Assembly: GCF_009914755.1 (NCBI RefSeq)
Contig: NC_060946.1
Source of the DNA: the human T2T-CHM13v2.0 reference genome, Homo sapiens
Length of the DNA: 64,000 nucleotides
Reading direction: 5' to 3' (one strand)
Both the position numbers and the translations under genes were made by a program. Positions 33,858 through 46,359 of this stretch are shown piece after piece (the stretch's first letter is position 1; the number at the start of each line of letters is the position of its first letter). The notes below the pieces were generated by a model that saw nothing but the letters and a program-made list of their open reading frames with translations, was not told where the DNA came from and made no database searches.

Positions 33858-34584
33858 TTATTACTGTGTTTGAAAGCCTTCAGGTGGCCCCAGAGAATAA
33901 AGAACCCCAGTAGCTACAAATTAGATAAAACCATTCTGTAAGCGCAGGAAATTCAAACTAAAAATATGCCTCTATCCAGCCGTTAGACCATCTGCCGGAG
34001 AAGACACGAGTAGCTAGAAAAAAAAACGAGGCGCCCACAATGACTGCTCTTATTTGAAACACTGAACCTTAACTATACAACCACATGGTCTGATACGCTG
34101 TCTTTTAAGGCTCTGATAACAAAATAAGTTAGGGATGTATTAGATGCACTCCTCATAAGTGCTGAGCACAAAGATTTCCAGAAACAGCCCTTCTACCAGG
34201 AATTCATGCATTCACTTAAACATTTACTGAGGGCCCACAGTGTGCTCCGCGGTTGCTGAGCAAACACGCAGTTTCAATGCAGGATAGTGAGTCCAAAAGT
34301 TCGTAACAGGGAAAAAACAGGGGCCTATGAGAATTTACAGAGAAACTCTGAACTCCTCTCTACCATGCCAAACCTCACCAAGTATCATTCAAGCACACTT
34401 CCTCATTAACCGTCTCCTGATTCCCTCGGCCCAGAGATATCTCTTTGTTCTGAATTTCCATGACCCTCTGTTCTTCCTCAAAGACTCTTACAGACTACAC
34501 TGCAGTATAACTATATTACGTAATGTTATTATCTGATTACCTCTTTAAGACCATAAAACAAACACCTCAAAGGCCAGGCCTCAA

Positions 34585-34880
<296 letters not shown>

Positions 34881-35044
34881 GGACCTGTTTTACTTCTAAG
34901 TCTCTGAGAACACATTTATGAGGCTATAGCATAAACAAGCAATGGGACCAATGTGTCATCTGCTCTCTTCCCTGGATCTATGCCCTCTCTGAAGCCTCCC
35001 TCCATGGCTCCCACCCTGCCTTCCTGATGAAAAAGCACCAACTT

Positions 35045-35351
35045 GGCTGGGCACAGTGGCTCACACCTATAATCCCAGCACTTTGAGAGGCCTAGGTAGG
35101 AGGACTGCTTGAGCTTAGGAGTTCGAGATTAGCCTGGGCAACACCGTGAAACCCCATCTCCACAAAAAACAGACAAAATTAGCCAGGCATGGTGGGGTGT
35201 GCCTCTGGTTCCAGTTACTTGGGATGCTGAGGTAGGAGGATCACTTGAGCCTGGGGGATTGAGGCTACAGTGACCTGAGATCATGCCACTGCACTCTGGC
35301 CTGGAGGATAGAGCAAGACCCTGTGTCAAAAACAAACAAACAAATAAATAA
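35045..35351 (+). mobile_element. AluJ-like, TSD aaagcaccaactt
   Basis: Consensus match and flanking direct repeat. Confidence 0.85.
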
Positions 35352-36131
35352 AGCACCAACTTGGTCTCTTGGCACTGTCCTCTTTCCCAATACCTAAGGC
35401 TGGATGTACAACTGGCTGCAGGGTAAGCTCAGATCAAAAAGCCTCAAAAAAGTTTCAAAGCCAACTCAGAAACTCCATGTGCACCCCATCCTCCCCTGTC
35501 CCCACGTTCTCTTGATGAAAGCATCCCTGCTTGTGCGGGCACACGAAAGAAAACTTGGGTGTCATTTTGAACTGCTCCATCTTTTTGACTTCCACATAAA
35601 TAATCAGTCACTAAATCCTGCTAATTCTAGCTAAACCTGCTTTTCACCTTCATCTCCTCTATGACTGATGTTTGCTAAACCTAATTATGGGAAAGGATTA
35701 ACGCATTTAGGGTTGAGAAGGGAACTGGGTTTCAGACAGACATTGAGTAATACCCCTTGATACCCAGTCTGGCCAGACCTCTCCTCATGCTGTAATTCTC
35801 AAATGCAACCATACCTCATCTCTGCAAATTGAAGACTACAATATTCACATTATCATCAAAGCTCGCTGCATGATCAGGCTGTGGCTATCTTTTCTACAAT
35901 CTCCCAGCAATGCCAGACTCATTCAAACATTGGGAGAGGCTTGCAAGGTTAAAACATGTTAGCTTTGGAGAGCGATGGCTCATGTGCTTGATTCAGCTGC
36001 TCTGAGGAAAATGGCATTTTTATTGTTATGTTAATAAAATTAACACAATCTGGCTGGGGATTTTCAATTAACCCCAAAACTCTAACCAACAGCCCAGCAA
36101 AAGCTATGCCATGGCAGGCCTTGTTACTCAC

Positions 36132-36172
36132 CACGAGGCTGACTTTGCCTCTGTGGAGGTAGAGGTGGCCAT
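36132..36172 (-). CDS. HPS4: HPS4 exon 2, first coding part (MATSTSTEAKSAS-W)
   Basis: ATG 36172-36170; donor TG|gtgagt; 41 nt; matches HPS4 N-terminus. Confidence 0.95.
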
Positions 36173-36650
36173 CTACTGTGCAGTCATCCTCATTCTCTTC
36201 ATTTAGGTTTTCTTTTCCGGTATCACTTCTTTCTCCCTAGCTGTGACCGTTCCTCTATCCCCCAATCCAGTGAATCTGGACGTGGTAGGTTTCAGTGTTT
36301 TCAGTCACAACTGCCACTTGGTTAGTTTTCACTCAGCATGGAAAGTTCCACTTCCCTTCCTTGCAGGTTCTTCAGTTTCATGTATATTTCCATGCCTCTT
36401 ACAACTCAGGGAGAAACTATAACAAAGAATCCTAGCAGAAAAGTCAAATCCATTCCTCTGGTTTCCTGAGTATCACTGTGGCTGTCTGCAGAACCACCTC
36501 TTCAAGCTCCTCTCCAGGAAAGCCAAAAGTGGGAGATGCATGCTAGAGCTGGTGTTCTAAAGAAATTTCTAGCTTGTCTAGTTCAAACCCATCCTGAAGA
36601 CTCTTATTAAACGTTTTGAAGTTTCCAGTTCAAACATCAGTGCCTTGGCT
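36173..36650 (-). other. HPS4: HPS4 exon 2, 5' UTR portion (478 nt, about ten upstream ATGs)
   Basis: Acceptor tgtgtttatttcag|AG at 36651/36650, contiguous with the start codon at 36172. Confidence 0.65.
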
Positions 36651-38083
36651 CTGAAATAAACACAAGGAATAGATATTTCAGCAACTCGTGAGAGAGCATG
36701 TGACCCAGCAGGATTAAACGAATGGTATATTTCAAAAGAGCTTTCTGTGAGGGTGACAATCATGCTTCAAAATCAAAGAGGGAGGCTTGCAGAGACTTCA
36801 GAGTAAGGGCTTTAGTTTCTCGAACAGTTAAGGGAAACACACCACAAGCTTCACGGAAGATAAAATCAAATGACAGGGTGAAAATGCTCTAGGTGTGGAC
36901 AGCTATACAAATAAACCAGTTGCTGTGGTAATAATGGAACCCAAATTAAGGAACTGTCATCTTGACAGTCCAAAAGTAACCTGAACATGCAGAATTCCAG
37001 AGCAGGGCAAATTTCTAAAAAATGAAGAGAACTTTATCAAATGGCTTTCAAACTTCCACAAGAGAAAGACAGCTCAGTGTATCACGGAATTTCAGAGTCG
37101 GAAGGAACCCTGGCATCGTTTACTCTACTCTCCTGCACTCTTTTCCAAAAATTACCTTGGCTGTCTCTGCTTTACACCCTCCAGAGATGCGTGGTTCACT
37201 ATGTTACATTTCTCCTTCCAACAAACTAAAATCTGCGTTCCAGATTTTACATCTGCCTCCCACTCGCTAGTCTGGATAACGCTCTGCAGGAAAACACAAA
37301 ACAAGGTCTAATTCTTCCATGTGACAACCTCTTGGTCACTTCAAAACTATTGTCTAATTCTTACTGTCACTTTCTCCAAGCTTAATGCTTTAGCAACATG
37401 GTCTCAAATGCTTGCTCACCATTCTGCAATCTGTGGGTACACAATACAGTTTGTTAAAAGTCTCTAGAGACGACCCCCATTGAATATTTGACGGCCTGTA
37501 AAATCTCTATCTCTTCTCAGCTCTAGATATTTTGGATTGGGCCTCCACAGGACCACACTCATTGTATTCTATGGAGCATATTTGGGTGCCTGTGGAGGGG
37601 GTATCTCTGTTACTGGAACCAAGGACAGCAGCCTAAAACTCCCCATCCCTTGTTCCCAGAGGACTGGGCCCTACACTACCGAGGTCCTCTCTTATCTCTG
37701 AAAGGTCCAGAAGAGACCAATAATGGCCCTGGAGTAGGAACAGACGTCGGAACATGAGCAGAAAAGGATCTGGTAGCCTGGGAAGTAATAGTAACAACGC
37801 GGGGCTGGGGCTGGTGATAGTGCTGTGGGAAGGGGCCTCAGTGGGGCAGCAGGGCTGGAAAACGGACGCTAATGGCTGGAAAAGGGCCAGGAAGCTGCTG
37901 GGCGCAGCCCCCGGGGCGCAGGCAGCGACTGGTAACAGCACTAGGGCTGTGCGGTGTCTGGCCCCAGCTCTACGGGACTGGGAAATGGTGGGCGAACGCC
38001 TAAGGATTAGGCGGGGTCGGGTCACGCTCTAAGCTGGGGGCCCGCCCCTCGGTATCCCCGCGCTCCGAGCGCCGCCCACCCAC

Positions 38084-38270
38084 CGGAGTAGCCAGGCATC
38101 CCAGTGCTCGGGGTTCGGGACTCTGGACCAGAAATGTGGGCAGCAGCTGGGTACCTGCGACTTCTGCCCCGTACCTGCGCGCGCGGCAGAGAGGCCTTAG
38201 GTCACGCGCCGCCCCGCCTACCTCCCCCTCCAGCTCCTGGCAAGCCGGCGCGCGGCGATGACGTGCAGAG
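38084..38270 (-). other. HPS4: HPS4 non-coding exon 1 (5' limit approximate)
   Basis: In CpG island; donor CCG|gtgggt at 38084/38083. Alternative CAG|gtac donors at 38155 and 38175. TSS cannot be read from sequence. Confidence 0.55.
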
Positions 38271-38300
38271 TGCGCCGCACGCCGCTGACGTCAGAGACCA

Positions 38301-38488
38301 ATGGCTGCGGCCGCAGCTGCGGCGCTGGAATCCTGGCAGGCGGCGGCTCCGCGGAAGAGGCGCTCCGCGGCTCGACGGCCGCGGCGGAGGGAGGCGGCGC
38401 CCCGGGGGAGAGAGGCGGCGCCCCGGGGCCCCGAGGCGGAGTTCGAGTCTGACAGCGGAGTCGTGCTTCGTCGCATCTGGGAGGCTGA
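38301..38488 (+). CDS. SRRD: SRRD exon 1 ([13 protein letters not shown]...RRIWEA-E)
   Basis: ATG 38301; GA|gtgagt; 188 nt. Confidence 0.94.
38388..38429 (+). repeat. SRRD: Coding 21-bp tandem repeat x2 (REAAPRG)
   Basis: AGGGAGGCGGCGCCCCGGGGG / AGAGAGGCGGCGCCCCGGGGC. Confidence 0.9.
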
Positions 38489-40411
38489 GTGAGTGCAGGC
38501 TCGGCCCTGATGGAATCTTTGCGCCCATGGGCAATTCTGAGCCACAGTCTCCCCATCTGTAGAGTGGAGATATAATGCACACCCTTTAAGGAGTTATTGT
38601 GAAGAGTTAACGTAGGTAACGAGCTCATTAAAGATGTGGATTATAGTAAGCGCTCAGTTAAAGGTCGTCTTTCCTTTTATTACGGTTACAGCTGCGTGAC
38701 CTTGGACAATTTATAATCTCTGTGCCTCAGTTTTCTCATCTGTGAGATGGGGATGAAAATAGTACATACGTAGGTTTGTTTTGAGGATTCAATGAATTAG
38801 TAAACGGAAACCATTTTCTGGCACGTGGTAAGCACTGTGCCAGTGTTTGCTATTAATATTATGCCGATGTTGATATTATTGGTGGTGGTGACACGAGGGA
38901 AGCAACATGAACACGTGACTGCTATCATCAGGCAGCTGCTATGTGCCTGACATTAGCTTAATCATTCTACACACTTTACGTTAAACATTGCAGGCATACT
39001 AGGACCCTGGTAGCTCACTGATTCTCAAAGAGACAAAGAAAATGTGTGGAACCAGATTTCAAACCCAGGTCTTTGTGACAAAAACCAGTGCTTCCAGCTT
39101 TCCATTATGCTTGTTGCTTATCCCAGCCCAGATTCTCACATACCTTGCTCTGTACCTTAGAAAGTACATAGAGAGTGCCTAATACAGAGGAAACACTCAA
39201 TAAATGTTACTTATTATTGTTATTTAGTATTATTATCTTTATTCGCAGTTTTGTTTAGGCTCAATAAATAACAGCTTTAGTTAGCACTTAAGATCAGCAT
39301 CCGAAGGGCCGTCACAAGGGGAGAAATTAGATTAATTTTGTGTGCTCCTCTCCCCTAGAATTAGGGTCAAGAGGCAGTAATGTCCCAGAGTTTACCTCTG
39401 AAGAGAAAGTTGCTGACCATTTGGCTCAGCCTGAATAAAAAGCACCTGCGATTATTTTTAAGCTCTCAGAGGATGCCAGTGAGAGTGAATGTGCCTAGGG
39501 GTTTGGAAAACTCAAGGCATTTTTCATATCCCTTGACACTGTCACGATCTCCTCAACTGCTTCAGTATCCCCCAGGAGCTCCTTGCTTCTCCCAACACCC
39601 AAGTGTGGTGCAATCACCATCGCTCTGAGTAGAGATTGAGCCAGCATTTTACACGCATATCTGTGTACGCATTTACCAGTTCATAAAGCATTCCTGTGTA
39701 CATCAGAACTCTCTACCCTCTGTGAGAAACGTGCAGCAGCCTCTGGGCCGACTTTCAATTCTCTGTACTCCTTTCTGAACCCCATAATCACTGTCTCTGG
39801 CTGTGGCTTGTCAGTTTAAATCCAGTTCATTTTAATTCACTGTTGACTTTCTTTTGCTCTGGGTCTGTAAAACCAGTTGACTTGAATAAAGAAAGCCCAG
39901 ACACTTGGTTTTGTCTCTTTACTTTCCCCTTAAAACTATTTATAATAACAAATACCATTTGTTGAGTACCTGCTATGTGCCAGACACTGGGCTAAGAATG
40001 TTAACCCATTTTATGCCTCTAAACTCCTCCGTGTTGGGAATGATTTTTATCCCCATTTTAGAGATGAGGAAACTAAAGCTCAGAAAGGCTAATTCTGAGC
40101 ACTTAACAACCATTTATTGAGCTGCAATTCTATGCTAGGCTCTGTTGTAGACTGAGAATAGACCCAGATCTCTCTCTGGGAATCAAGGACCTCCTCCAGC
40201 ATACTCTCTCCTGCAGTCTCTGAGCCCCAGCAGTATGTGCTCTGGCTCTGGACATATTCAACATATATCCCCCTCCTATCACTTGGTAAGGGTGGGCCCT
40301 GCATTGCAGGGCACCTCATTCTGTAAGCATTCAGGTCATGATCAGGAAAGTTACTGTTGGGGCAGCCCTGAGATGGGTGGGACATGACTGTGCCATTTTT
40401 TTTCTCAACAG

Positions 40412-40452
40412 GAAGGACCTGTTTATCTCTGATTTCTGGAGTTCAGCACTAG
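40412..40452 (+). CDS. SRRD: SRRD exon 2 (KDLFISDFWSSAL-E)
   Basis: acag|G, G|gtgggt, 41 nt. Confidence 0.93.
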
Positions 40453-40914
40453 GTGGGTACCACTTGGCCAATGGTAGGGATTGTGGGGCAGAAAAGAGAA
40501 TCAGTCCTCATTTGAGGACATTTTGCTTCACAGAGGGATAACTTGCTGGGTTCTAACGCCGCCCACCCCTTACAGCTGTATGTCTTTTGGCACTTAATTC
40601 TGATCCTCAGTTTCTTTATCTGTGAAATGGAGATAATGTGTATATCCTATAGTTTTGAGAATTGAAGCTGTTTAGTTAAATGCTTGCCTGCTGTATACAA
40701 GGCAATAAGTGTTGTCATTATTATTGCTGAAATTTATATTTATCCTGTTCCTTTTCCATGATATTACAATGTAGCCTTTTCCTCGTGCAGTGATAATCTC
40801 TTCCTAAACATAGTGTGTGGGTGGCGACATAATATTTATGCATGGAGTGGACATACCATAGGTATCATTTTTATTGTGGGACATTTAGTTTTCTTCTGTT
40901 GTTTTTCAGTTATT

Positions 40915-41065
40915 ATTTTAGGACAGTGTCTTACTCTTCGCCTAGGCTGGAGTACAATGATGCAATCATAGTTCACTGCAACCTGTACCTCCTGAGCTCA
41001 AGTGATCCTCCCACCTACAGCTTCCCAAAGCGCTGGGATTATAGGCATGAGCCACCACAACCAGC
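40915..41065 (-). mobile_element. Alu monomer or deleted AluJ
   Basis: Partial reverse consensus. Confidence 0.65.
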
Positions 41066-41303
41066 CTTTTTAAGTTATTATACATAATTTTGCAATGAGT
41101 AACTTTATGCATAAAGCTTTTACCAAACTTAGGATGATCTTCTTAGGATATATTCCCAGAAGTAGAATTAAATGAAAGGCGGTGACCAACTTGATATCTA
41201 TTGTCAAGTTATCCAGAAAATTTTCACCAATTCTTTTATCAAAATTGACCTGAAGAGCCAGTTTTTCCTGGCTTGGGGTCTTGTTTAAAGATGTCTTTGC
41301 TGC

Positions 41304-41609
41304 TTTTTTTTTTTTTTTTTTTTCTTTTGAGACGGAGTCTCACTGTGTCACCCAGGCTGGAGTGTAGGGGTGTGATCTCTGCTCACTGCAATTTCCACCT
41401 CCTGGGTTCAAACAATCCTCCTGCCTCAGTCTCCTGAGTAGCTGGGACTACAGGTGTGTGCCACTACCCCTGGCTAATTTTTGTATTTTTGTAGAGATGG
41501 GGTTTCACCATGTTGGCCAGACTGGTCTCGAACTCCTGACCTCAAGTGATCTGCCCACCTCGGTCTCCCAAGGTACTGGGATTACAGGTGTGAGCCACCA
41601 TGCCTGGCC
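41304..41609 (-). mobile_element. Alu
   Basis: Reverse consensus. Confidence 0.9.
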
Positions 41610-41749
41610 CTTTGCTGGTATCTTAAGTGAAAAGTTGGTATCTTATTGGAATGCACGGCTTTTTTTGTTTTGCTAAATTCAGTACCAGTACAATAAAAGG
41701 AGAGACAAGAGAACCTACCTCTACATGAGAAGACTTAAACAGAGTATAA

Positions 41750-42040
<291 letters not shown>

Positions 42041-42417
42041 GTTTGTTACAACTTTAAAAGTACGCATTTCAGAGCATAGTCTACATTTACTAGGAGGGTC
42101 TTGTTAAATTAGAATGAGTTCACATTAGAGTTTTAGATGGAAACTGCCCTTGAGTGAAACCCAATTTCTGCTTGCAACATGCTCTTGGGTTTTGGGAGTC
42201 CAGGGGCCGGGACAGTTTGTCAATTGGTGGTGAATGTGACTGTATGTCCAGGCATGTTTGGGAATGAGGCTGGCAGCTTCTCTCTCTCTCTGAAGAATTG
42301 AAACCTTTTACTGCCCTGATCTCTTTCTCCCCAAATATGTGAACTTCTTTTGTGGATGATTTGGTTCACAGGGTCAGAACATGCCCTCTAACTGCATTTG
42401 GGGGCCTGCTCTTTCAG

Positions 42418-42677
42418 AAACCATCAATAGATGTCTCACAAAACATCTGGAACAACTGAAGACCCCTGTGGGGACTCTTTCAGACATCTTTGGAAACCTG
42501 CATCTTGACTCATTGCCAGAGGAGTCAGATGTGGCCACTGATTCTATCCCAAGAGAGATCTTGGTCACAGGAACCTGCCATTTGAAGTGTGTGTGTTACG
42601 GCATTGGGAACTTTGCCACCTGCATCGTAGCTAGAAACCAGCTAACGTTTTTGCTGCTTTTGTTGGAAAAGTGCCAG
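42418..42677 (+). CDS. SRRD: SRRD exon 3 (TINRCL...CYGIGNF...EKCQ), start of SRR1 domain
   Basis: ttcag|AA, CAG|gtacat, 260 nt; CYGIGNF motif. Confidence 0.95.
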
Positions 42678-42778
42678 GTACATTTTTGGATTCATTTTCA
42701 TCTCCTCCTCCTCTGGTCCTATACATGGGTGCACACAGATGTTTGGGTTGAAGTAAACAACTCATTCTTCCCTTCTAG

Positions 42779-42877
42779 ATTCCCAGAAGTCACTGTTGGG
42801 TATATGACCCTCTGTTTAGCCAACTTGAAATTGAAGTCCTTAACACCCTTGGTGTGACTGTTCTCAGTGAGAACGAG
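42779..42877 (+). CDS. SRRD: SRRD exon 4 ([14 protein letters not shown]...SENE)
   Basis: tag|ATT, GAG|gtaagt, 99 nt; YDPxF motif. Confidence 0.95.
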
Positions 42878-44432
42878 GTAAGTGGTTTAAAGGGGAGCAG
42901 ACAGAACTGTAAAAATCCTGACCAGACTCACCCCAGGCCCTGCCTGTGGACACCAGCATTCTTTGCAGTGGCAGCCATTCCTCTCTTACCGCCTGCTCAC
43001 TTTTGTAGTGCCTGAACGATGTAACCAGCCAATCAGTTACCTACATTTTGGCTTGTGTTGTGCCCATCAGAAAAAAATTACACAGATAGCATGAACCAGA
43101 ACATGTTAGGTCTGCACCACTTTTTTGAGAATTATTTGTCTGGAAATTATGCTAACTTGGTATTTGCTGTTGCTACTGAAACATAAAAGTCTAGGTGCCT
43201 CAAGTGAGGTCTTTGTGGTTGGATTTTATCCTGTCCCAGGGAGGTAATAAAAGGGGATGCAGCATTCCTCTTTGATGCTATAACCCAGTCAAACCCATAG
43301 CACCTGGCTGTGAGTTGTGGATTAATTCTCTGCCCATGTTTGCACCCCCCAAAATAGCTGGGATTTGACATTTCTGAGACCTGTGGAATAAAGAAATGCA
43401 TCCCTAAAGCACAGGGCCAAAGCCAGTATGAGCAAATCCCTCCGATTTCGGTTTTGTATTGTCTTGGGGATTAGAATCTTTTGATTCCTGTGTGTGTGCT
43501 GAAACTGCCATCTTATTGCTTATTATGTATGAAAATTTGGCTCAGTTGAGAGAAGAGTCATTCCCTGATATTGGCAAGGTCCTAAAACACTGTCACTCAG
43601 TTCAGATCATCTTTCTGGGTGCCTGTTCTGTGCTAGGCAGGGAGCTTTGGGGAGACCAAGAAAAATGGGAGCCAGTCCCTGTGTTCAGGGAGCCCATGGT
43701 CAACAAGTGAATGAGGAATGAAATACTGAGGCAGAACCTTGTACTACGACAGGTGTTCGGAGGGATGGAGGAAGGATTCCTGGGTCTGAGCTGGGCTTTG
43801 AAGGTCTACCAGGAGTTTGCTAGTGGGACAGAACCAGGATTGAAGGTAGCTGTGCAGTGCTGGCTGTTCAGGAAACCACTGCCAGTTTGTTATTAACACA
43901 AGGGAAGCTGCAAGGAGAGGAGAGGCAGGCCAGAGGTGGGCAAGGGTCAGACAAAGGGCCTTATGTTCCCTGCTGGAGTTTGGCCAGAGAGCAGTGGTTC
44001 TCAGGAGGGGCGATTGTGCCTCAGGGACATTGGAAGAGGACTTAGTTATGCAGATCTGCAGGAAGTGACATAGGAAGTGTGGATTACTGAACACAGGGGA
44101 AATACATGGGGTAAGTAACATCACTATCCCTCCTGTTCTTGCCGTCATAGACCCAGGAAGCCCCTCCATCAGTGCAGGGCTTTGTGTTCATGAGAACACA
44201 ATGTGTACATTTGTTAAGTAAACATGAGTTCTTTCGGGACATCATGATTTCCTGACTCTTTAGTCCTGTAACTATAGATTTCATATACGAGTGTAACTGT
44301 TCCACAAAATGAGCTTTTTTCCTTTTGATCCTTTAGTTTGTCTCATGATTATCCCCATCCTTACCTCTCCCTCACCTTGCTGTAAAGAATAGGTTGTGGG
44401 CATGTTTACACCTGTGAATATCGTATCCCCAG

Positions 44433-44587
44433 GAAGGGAAACGGAGTATTCGCGGGGAGCCTACCATCTTTTACATGCTCCATTGTGGGACGGCCTTGTA
44501 CAACAATCTTTTATGGAGTAACTGGTCAGTAGATGCCCTTTCTAAGATGGTCATCATTGGGAACAGTTTCAAAGGACTTGAGGAGAG
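44433..44587 (+). CDS. SRRD: SRRD exon 5 ([18 protein letters not shown]...[10 protein letters not shown])
   Basis: ccag|GAA, AG|gtaagt, 155 nt; FYMxHC, LYNNLL and GNSF motifs. Confidence 0.95.
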
Positions 44588-44947
44588 GTAAGTCTGAGAA
44601 TGCTGAGATTCTGTCAGGCCCTGAGGTGAAGCCCATACCTCAGATTGACCCACATGCAGAAAACATTTCCTTGACGATTCCATACTGGGGAAATGCTTTT
44701 CCACAGGGAACTGGATGAAGGCTTAAAGACAGATGTCAAATCCTGATTCGAACTATGAAGCAAGTTAAGGAGTCTTTTTGCCACGAATTCCTCCCTTCCA
44801 TTATGATACACAGAAATGGTTTTGAAAACAGGGAAAAGCTATTTGATTCCTCTGCCTACAGCTCCACGTCCTCATTCTGTTTCACGTGCTTAGGAGTCTG
44901 CTCAGTCATTTCTCTTGATGAAATGGGCACAATTACTGGAATATTTG

Positions 44948-44948
<1 letters not shown>

Positions 44949-44985
<37 letters not shown>

Positions 44986-45254
44986 AGATGGAGTCTCACT
45001 CTGTCCCCCCGGCTGGAGTGCAGTGGTATGGTCTCAGCTCACTGCAACCTCTGTCTCCTGGGTTCAAGCGATACTCCTACCTCAGCCTAATGAGTAGCTG
45101 GGATTACAGATGCACACCAGGACGCCCGGCTGATTTTTGTATTTTTAGTAGAGATGGGGTTTTACCATGTTGGCCATGCTGGTCTTGAACTCCTGACCTC
45201 AAATGATCCGCCCGCCTCAGTCTCCTGAAGTGCTGGGATTACCTGCGCCTGGCC
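44949..45254 (-). mobile_element. Alu with long pure poly-T
   Basis: Reverse consensus. Confidence 0.9.
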
Positions 45255-45426
45255 CACATTTTCAACTATTTAACTGGTTTACTCCACATCTTGAGTTTTT
45301 TCCTGAATTCTTACTATGCTTCAATCATCTTGCCCTTCTATGTGTCTTAAAAGTTGAATGAAACTATCCTCATACCTCCTAATCATGGTGTTTTTTTTTG
45401 TTTTTTTGGTTTTTTTTAATTTCTAG

Positions 45427-45472
45427 GTTGTTGGCAAGGATTCTGCAGAAAAATTATCCCTACATTGCAAAG
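45427..45472 (+). CDS. SRRD: SRRD exon 6 (LLARILQKNYPYIAK)
   Basis: ctag|G, AAG|gtatct, 46 nt. Confidence 0.93.
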
Positions 45473-45864
45473 GTATCTATCTGAATAAAGGGGCTGGGAT
45501 GGAAAAGGGTGTGAAACTGTGAAGAATTCTATCTATCTTTACAGGCGTAGGAGGAAACTCATGGGCTAAGTGGCGCTAGTGTACTGTCAGCTCTCTCCAT
45601 GGGTCTGTGTTCCAGAAAGCTATGACTCTTTAATGCATCTCTTAGTTTTTTCCTTATTTCCTTTATTCTTAGTATCACAGTCCATGATATCCACTGTCCT
45701 TGGGGCGCCCAATTCATTGTGCAAAAGCATTTAAATCAAAATACCCTATTTGTTATTTTTTTAAAAAGTAAAGTGGGGATGACAAGTAAAGTGGAAATTT
45801 ATCCCAGAAGAGTGGGGATTACTGTGACTATCTGAAGTTTTTATACTTGAATTTTTCTGCTCAG

Positions 45865-46074
45865 ATTTTAAAAGGACTGGAGGAGCTTGAGTTTCCTCAG
45901 ACTTCACAATACATGGACATATTTAATGATACCTCTGTCCACTGGTTCCCTGTGCAAAAGCTAGAACAGCTCTCCATAGATATTTGGGAGTTTCGGGAAG
46001 AACCAGATTATCAGGACTGTGAGGACCTTGAAATCATCAGGAACAAGAGAGAAGATCCTTCTGCTACTGACTGA
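45865..46074 (+). CDS. SRRD: SRRD exon 7, last coding part (ILKGLEE...DPSATD*)
   Basis: tcag|ATT; TGA 46072-46074; total CDS 999 nt = 332 aa + stop. Confidence 0.95.
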   Translation: MLKGLEELEFPQTSQYMDIFNDTSVHWFPVQKLEQLSIDIWEFREEPDYQDCEDLEIIRNKREDPSATD

Positions 46075-46312
46075 ACTCGTTGTGAGGTACTCAGTGTTGG
46101 CTGAGGTAGAAGCTGCCACCAGAGACTAAAGGGAAGGCTGCTATGGAGGAACTACAGAGAACTCCTTTGCCAGGAAAGAACATCAACTTGGCTGTCCTGT
46201 TTTGAGGACGATACCCCACATGAGGACTTGGTATAAAGATTCCTGCCCTACGTGGCATTGTCCCGTTTTACATCCTTCCCTCATGACCTGGCCTGATGTG
46301 GAGTAGCTCCTG

Positions 46313-46318
46313 AGTAAA
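46313..46318 (+). terminator. SRRD: Candidate SRRD poly(A) signal AGTAAA
   Basis: Variant hexamer; no AATAAA seen in the short 3' UTR (TATAAA at 46232 is an alternative). Confidence 0.5.
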
Positions 46319-46353
46319 GAAGTTACCCTTTTGAAGGTGATCTAAAAATACTG

Positions 46354-46359
46354 TTTATT
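46354..46359 (-). terminator. TFIP11: TFIP11 proximal poly(A) signal AATAAA
   Basis: tttatt on + strand, ~55 nt after the TFIP11 stop. Confidence 0.75.

Larger units (their letters stand above)
37750..38550. promoter_or_regulatory. CpG island / bidirectional HPS4-SRRD promoter
   Basis: Very high GC and CpG density; GC boxes at 38041-38048 and 38211-38218; palindromic CRE CTGACGTCAG at 38285-38294; divergent genes. Confidence 0.9.

Noticed and set aside
37633-38628. Several 90-150 aa ORFs across the CpG island
   Set aside because: Expected stop-codon depletion in GC-rich DNA; only the SRRD frame splices into a coherent protein.
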